32,000 nucleotides of DNA from Psychrobacter sp. HD31 (GTDB lineage: Bacteria > Pseudomonadota > Gammaproteobacteria > Pseudomonadales > Moraxellaceae): the NCBI RefSeq assembly GCF_051097895.1, contig NZ_CP142525.1:90001-122000 (forward strand), given 5' to 3'. Shown here in pieces: positions 10,301 to 15,100 of the stretch. Each line of letters starts with the position of its first letter. Positions within the stretch are counted from its first letter, which is position 1. The position numbers and the translations under genes are program-made. Below the pieces are notes generated by a model. The model saw nothing but the letters and a program-made list of their open reading frames with translations, had not been told where the DNA came from and searched no databases.

Positions 10301-13300
10301 GGCACAGAAGATGACGACTTTAGCGGTCCATTACAGTACAAAGACACAGACGGTAACTGGCAGGATGTTCCAGCAGACGGTTTCATACCAGTTGGCAAAG
10401 ACACCGCTGAGATTGAATTACGCGTTCCAGTTGAAGATGACGAGATCTTTGAAGAGACTGAGAAATTCAACGTTACCATTGAAGAGACTGAGAAGTTAAC
10501 CAAAGGCACAGACAAAGCGGACGGTAGCATCACAGACGAAGATGAAGATGACGATGGCACCTCAGACGACCAACCAGTCATCAACATTGCAGCAGTGGCA
10601 GCAGACGTTGAAGAGAATGCAGGCTATGCAACATTTAAGCTAACGAAAGTTGGTGAGAGTGAAGTTGACGGTAAAGTTAAAGTACAACTAAACAATGGCA
10701 CAGGCGCAGACGGCACAGAAGATGACGACTTTAGCGGTCCATTACAGTACAAAGACACAGACGGTAACTGGCAGGATGTTCCAGCAGACGGTTTCATACC
10801 AGTTGGCAAAGACACCGCTGAGATTGAATTACGCGTTCCAGTTGAAGATGACGAGATCTTTGAAGAGACTGAGAAATTCAACGTTACCATTGAAGAGACT
10901 GAGAAGTTAACCAAAGGCACAGACAAAGCGGACGGTAGCATCACAGACGAAGATGAAGATGACGATGGCACCTCAGACGACCAGCCATCTCTAACTATTA
11001 ATGATGTTGAAGTAACAGAAACAGATGAAGATCAAACGGTAACATTTACTGTTACACAATCAAATGTGAGTGAGCTTGATACGACTGTAGATGTTGCTAT
11101 TGAGCATGTTGATACGACAAGTGGAGACGTAAAAACAACGGTTACTCAAGTTATAATTCGAGCAGGTGAAACAACAGCAACGATTGACGTTACTGTCGTT
11201 GGTGATGACTTCTGGGAACCAACAGAAACATACAATGTTAAGTTATCGAATGCTAATAATGCTTCGATTGCTGATGATACGGGTGTTGGTACTATTATCA
11301 ATGATGATATAACAGCTAATGATGATGCGAGTACAGCTGTTGAAGCAGGTGGTTTGAATAGTAGTAGACCTGGTAGTAGTGCGACTGGTAATGTGCTTAA
11401 TGGTGGTGGCAATGACGTTGCTGATGATCCGACCAATGCGCATGCAACAGTTACGGCAATCCGGAAAGGTGATACTGAAGGTTCAGGAGATGCCGGTACA
11501 GTTGGTAGCGCTTTAGTTGGTACCTACGGTACTTTAACTATTAACACAGATGGATCATACACTTATGTGGTTGACAATGCTAATGAAGATGTCCAAGAGC
11601 TGAATGTCGGAGATACTTTAACTGAAAGCTTTAATTACACGATGTCTGACGGTACGCTATCTGATGATGCTGTATTAGAAATTACGATTGATGGTGATAA
11701 TGATGCGCCAACTGTTCTTGAGATTACTTCTACTAGAGTTTCAGAAGAAGGACTTGCAGGCGGTATCAAAGATAACTTAAGTTACAACAATGAAGATGAC
11801 TTGGTTGCTGCTTCAATTAACGATGCAGTCAACAATAATCCAGATGTCCAAGCGGCAGCTACAATAGCAGAGGCTGCAGCTAATGCTGCAGCTGCAGCTA
11901 ATAAGGCTTATCGAGAAAATACAGATGATTCTTTAGATGCGCAATTGAAAGCTGATGCGGAAACAAAATCTTCTGAAGCAAGGGTTGCGGCTAAAGCCCT
12001 TTCTGATGCAAAAGAAGCGGCGTTACCTGATGCAATAGCAAATGCATATGTTAATAAAGATGATACAACTAATGAAAAAGTAGCAACAGGTAAAATTACC
12101 TTTACAGATGTTGATAACTTTGATGCAGGAAATTTCAAAATAATTCCTGATGATGTTGATATTACGGTACAAGGAAATGATGTTCAATGGACTTGGAATG
12201 AAGGTGCAGGCACATTACAAGGTACAGTTGTTCTTGATGGTAGTACAACACCTATTGATGTAATGAAAATTGTACTTGGAACTCCGACAGGTCCTGATGC
12301 TGATGGTAAGTTTGAAGCTGATTATACTGTTACGCTTCAACATGCTATAGATCATGAAAACAACTTAGGGGATAATGGAAATCCGTCTGATGACCAGAAT
12401 GATGAAGATATCCTTGAACTTAACTTTAAAACTGTTGTTAATGATGGTGTAGATGATTCAGCAGCTGCCAATCTTACTGTTACTATTGAAGACGATCGTC
12501 CGAAAGTAGCAGAAGGTAAAACGAGTATATTGCTTGAACCATTGACTTCAAATGTACAAATTATTGTTGATACATCTGGAAGTATGAGTGCAAATTCAGG
12601 GGTCAAAGATGACTTTGTTGTTTTTGATAGCTTAGGTAATCTCATCACACTACCAGCAGATCAGACTGCGGATATTTACACCACTGGTGTATCTATTCAT
12701 AATGCGCGTGGTGTCCAGCTGTATGAGTATGATGGCAATGTGATTGATTTTGGCTATGGTGTTAGTCAGAACTATTATGGCTATGCTACTACAGCTGGTG
12801 GTACTTATTACTATATTGACCCTGCTAATGGTGCTGCAACGATTGGAGAAGTCGCTACTTACAGAACTGGAGGTAAAATATATGATGCTAATACTAACGA
12901 AGAGTTAGGGGATGCTATTGTATATAACAATCTAACCAATGCGACATATAAGGCAACTTATCAGACAGATGATGAAGGAAATTTCCTTAACGAAGGTGAT
13001 ATTGTTACTGTAGAACGTGGTTTGACACGCTTGGAGGTAACGCAACAAGCTATCATGGACATGATCTCAGCTTATGAAGAGGCGGGAAGTGCTTATTCTT
13101 CACGTTTCCAGCTTGTAGAGTTTGCCACTGAAGCTTTTGATGTTGAGGGTAGTCTATGGCTAACTGGTAATGAAGCACGTCAAAATTTATTTAAGTTTGT
13201 AGCTGGTGGTTCCACTAACTATGATGCCGCCCTAAGCAAAGCAATCGAGCTTTATGATAATGCAGGTAAAATTGCTGATGCTGATGTCAATACCACTTAC

Positions 13301-14914
13301 TTTATGACAGATGGCACGCCGACTGCTGCGCTAACAAAATATCCTTACGATTACGCTAATGAAGATTTAGGTGGTACAGTAAATCATACTGCTAGTGGTG
13401 ATTTGGGAATTCAGTCAGGTGAAGAACAGGCATGGATTGACTTTTTGGTTGCAAACAAAATTAAATCTTATGCGTATGCAATGGGGAATGGTGCACCAGT
13501 TGACGAGTTGCATCCAGTCGCTCATGATGGAACGACAGGTGATACAGACCCTAATGGTATAGGGAAAATGCAAGGTGTTGAGGTTGACTTTAGTACGCTT
13601 AAAGATGAGTTATTATCATCAATTCCAACGCCAAAATCACCAGATCGTGATTTGATAAAAGGAGATGACCCATCATTTGATGGTGGTATGGGTGCTGATG
13701 GTGGTGACTTTGTTTCGGTTACTGTTGGTGGTGTTACCTATACATTTGATGCAGAAGCAAATACCATAACAGCGAGTGATGGTTCTGCAGTTGTTGTTAC
13801 TAATACTCCAGGAGAAAACGGTGCAAATACATATAATCCTGATGAGCATTTGTTAACAGCGACCTCTACTACTGGCGGTGTATTTAGCATTCATTTTGCT
13901 GATGGTACAAAAACCGTGACAAATGAAGATGGTAGTACTTCAGAAGTTGCGTATACAAAAGGGCTTTATGACTATCAAACTGCTGGTACTGTAGATGGTT
14001 ATAAAGAGTCAATTTACTTTAATGTGAGAGACAACGATGGTGATTTAGTTGCTGCAGAGCAATTGATAGATGTTTATCGATTAAAAGCGAAAGAAGATAA
14101 TGTGCTGACTTCTCAAGATATCAATAACATGAAGCTTGATGTTGCCACTTTAATGGCTAATGATACAACCAGATTATCAACTCAGTTTAAACAAGCAGAA
14201 AAACCAGCTAATGGTTTAACGCTTCTTAATGGTGTCGATGGTAATGCTATGGATGGTACTACTGGAGTACAAATTGATACCAGCCAAGATAGTATTGCTG
14301 TAAGCGGTGATGGTAAGTTTGGTTATGGTATTATAGATGGTACGAACTCATCTGATACAACTATTGTAAATGTTGAGCATAAAGTCAATACGTCTAGCGC
14401 AGGTGCTGTTGGTATTAAAGGTACAAGGTCAAATGACGTGATTATTGGTAATGATGAAGACGAATGGTTCTCTGGTTATAGTGGTGACGATGTTATCCAA
14501 GGTGGCGGTGGCTCAGACCGCTTATACGGTCATAAAGGCGATGATATCTTAATCTTTGACCAACAAGATGCCAGATTGTTGGGAGGTAAAGGAGAAGATA
14601 CTATCAGACTAGATGGTGCCGAGCTAGATTTAGATATTTCTGGATTCTTATTGGCTAAAGATTCTGCAGACTTGAAAGATATTGAGATTATCGATTTATT
14701 TGATGATAAATCACATACTCTAGATATTTCTGCCGATACAGTCAAAAAGATGACAGATAGTGATAATGAATTAATTATTAATGCTGATAAGTCTGACAAA
14801 ATCACATTGACAGGTTTTGTTGAAGCAGATAATAGTGGAAAAGCTGGTTATAATTTATATGAACTAGATGGTGCTAAAGTTTATTTAGATATTGATAACA
14901 CGCCTACCTTATAA
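503..14914 (+). CDS. Downstream part of the giant RTX/LapA-class adhesin (4803-aa ORF as tracked). The homologous reading frame resumes at 521, so ATG 503 is probably not a real start.
   Basis: The ORF is uninterrupted, extremely D/E/T-rich, and contains Calx-beta-like DDxxxExxExF motifs throughout. It also has a VCBS-like [20 protein letters not shown] segment, the VWA MIDAS motif VDTSGSM, RTX nonapeptides ([27 protein letters not shown]) and an acidic C-terminal tail. No Shine-Dalgarno precedes 503, and 503 lies inside a repeat unit. Confidence 0.85.
   Translation: [4803 protein letters not shown]
1832..4321 (+). repeat. 1245-bp (415-aa) macro-repeat, 2 copies, each made of three Calx-beta-like units X-Y-Z
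   Basis: AAATTAACAGTTGGAGATGCG starts at 1832 and again at 3077, an offset of 1245 bp. Antisense ORFs in the track repeat at the same offset (2059 and 3304 starts; 1917 and 3162 ends). The protein segments [12 protein letters not shown]...DGDKP are identical. Confidence 0.9.
3863..5239 (+). repeat. 459-bp (153-aa) Z-unit tandem triplication. A fourth copy lies at 2618-3076 inside the first macro-repeat.
   Basis: GTCGTTAATCTAGTTTCGACTGAC starts at 2618, 3863, 4322 and 4781. The translated units [19 protein letters not shown]...TKDGDKP are identical. Confidence 0.9.
5240..10987 (+). repeat. Type-C coding tandem array: 14 copies of a 411-bp (137-aa) Calx-beta unit that appear nucleotide-identical apart from two 3-nt deletions
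   Basis: Unit starts (GTCATCAACATTGCAGCAGTGGC) are at 5240, 5648, 6059, 6470, 6878, 7289, 7700, 8111, 8522, 8933, 9344, 9755, 10166 and 10577. Translations in three frames (sense, +alt 71-aa ORFs, antisense 124-aa ORFs) are identical between copies. The only differences I see are a 3-nt deletion in copy 1 (about 5518, loss of Phe) and one in copy 4 (about 6513, loss of Gly). Confidence 0.95.
10988..11308 (+). other. Diverged terminal Calx-beta-like domain of the adhesin
   Basis: [24 protein letters not shown]...[38 protein letters not shown] carries the Calx-beta signature DDxxEPxExF followed by the G-T-I-x-D-D end. Confidence 0.6.
11309..11710 (+). other. VCBS-type repeat domain of the adhesin
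   Basis: [15 protein letters not shown]...[65 protein letters not shown] matches the remembered VCBS pattern (GtYGtLtlnsdGsytYtldn..vq.L..g.tl.d.F.Yt..Dg...s.a.l.itI.G.ND.P). Confidence 0.7.
12551..13520 (+). other. von Willebrand factor A (VWA) domain of the adhesin, with a ~140-aa insertion after the MIDAS motif
   Basis: The MIDAS DxSxS motif VDTSGSM is at 12566-12586. Later VWA landmarks are [10 protein letters not shown] (about 13204) and YFMTDGTP (about 13300). The helix-like [18 protein letters not shown] appears only at about 13028. Confidence 0.7.
14447..14617 (+). other. RTX Ca-binding nonapeptide repeats (about 4 copies)
   Basis: [57 protein letters not shown] contains GGxGxDxUx-type repeats. 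Confidence 0.8.
14618..14911 (+). other. C-terminal non-cleaved type I secretion target region
   Basis: It lies directly after the RTX repeats. The tail is acidic/hydrophobic: ...[25 protein letters not shown]...[21 protein letters not shown]-stop. This layout is typical of LapA/VC_A0849-class T1SS substrates. Confidence 0.6.
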
Positions 14915-14930
14915 TATATAAAATATGAAA

Positions 14931-14958
14931 AACGCTCCCAACCGGGGGCGTTTTTTTA
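14931..14958 (+). terminator. Rho-independent terminator of the adhesin gene
   Basis: AACGCTCCC / AACC loop / GGGGGCGTT forms a 9-bp stem followed by a T-run, 17 nt after the stop codon. Confidence 0.85.
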
Positions 14959-15100
14959 TATTTATTAGAGCTCAACATTTAGATACAAGTCTACGATGTG
15001 AATACGCTTTATGTATTGACTACGGCTATCAATCAGGTAAGATATAATCAGCGTTGCGCAAAATTACAGCAAAACTGACTAGCAGTTAGGAAGATTAAAG

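Larger units (their letters stand above)
1..14914 (+). pseudogene. Giant RTX/LapA-class type I-secreted repetitive adhesin locus. The 5' end is outside the window. The frame is broken by a 2-nt deletion at 519/520 (real pseudogene/split gene, or assembly error).
   Basis: Frame +1 is open from position 1 and encodes the same 106-aa repeat as the downstream ORF. It stops at TGA 520-522 only because GAAGATGAC in the other copies reads GAATGAC here. Frame +2 then continues the same repeat from 521 (DIDPKTV...) to TAA 14912-14914. The C-terminus has a VWA domain, GGxGxD nonapeptides and a T1SS-type tail. Confidence 0.6.

Noticed and set aside
5358-10910. Fourteen identical ~71-aa plus-strand ORFs (MAQAQTAQKMTTLAVHYSTK...) in an alternative frame of the 411-bp repeats
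   Set aside because: They are an out-of-frame by-product of a perfectly repeated coding unit. They have no RBS and a low-complexity, arbitrary composition. They are fully nested in a frame with clear Calx-beta motifs.
108-10971. Dozens of repeated antisense ORFs (94-aa MLPVVSSTVYLTG..., 124-aa MLMTGWSSEVPSSSSSS..., 78-aa MIAVVALELF...) on the minus strand of the adhesin gene
   Set aside because: They recur with exactly the 318/411/1245-bp periodicity of the sense-strand repeats. They are Ser/Leu/Val/Thr-rich mirror translations of a D/E/T-rich coding strand and have no RBS. The sense frame is open for 14.4 kb with recognisable domains.
5240-10987. Regularly spaced identical repeats that might suggest a CRISPR array or satellite
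   Set aside because: The units are 411 bp long, directly abutting with no unique spacers, and all lie in one long open reading frame that encodes a folded domain. This is coding tandem duplication, not CRISPR.
15016-15048. Sigma-70 promoter upstream of the MaoC-like gene (TTGACT ... TATAAT)
   Set aside because: The good -35 and the perfect TATAAT are 21 nt apart, which is too far. The alternative -10 (TAAGAT, 16-nt spacer) is weak. It is plausible but not well enough supported to list as a feature.
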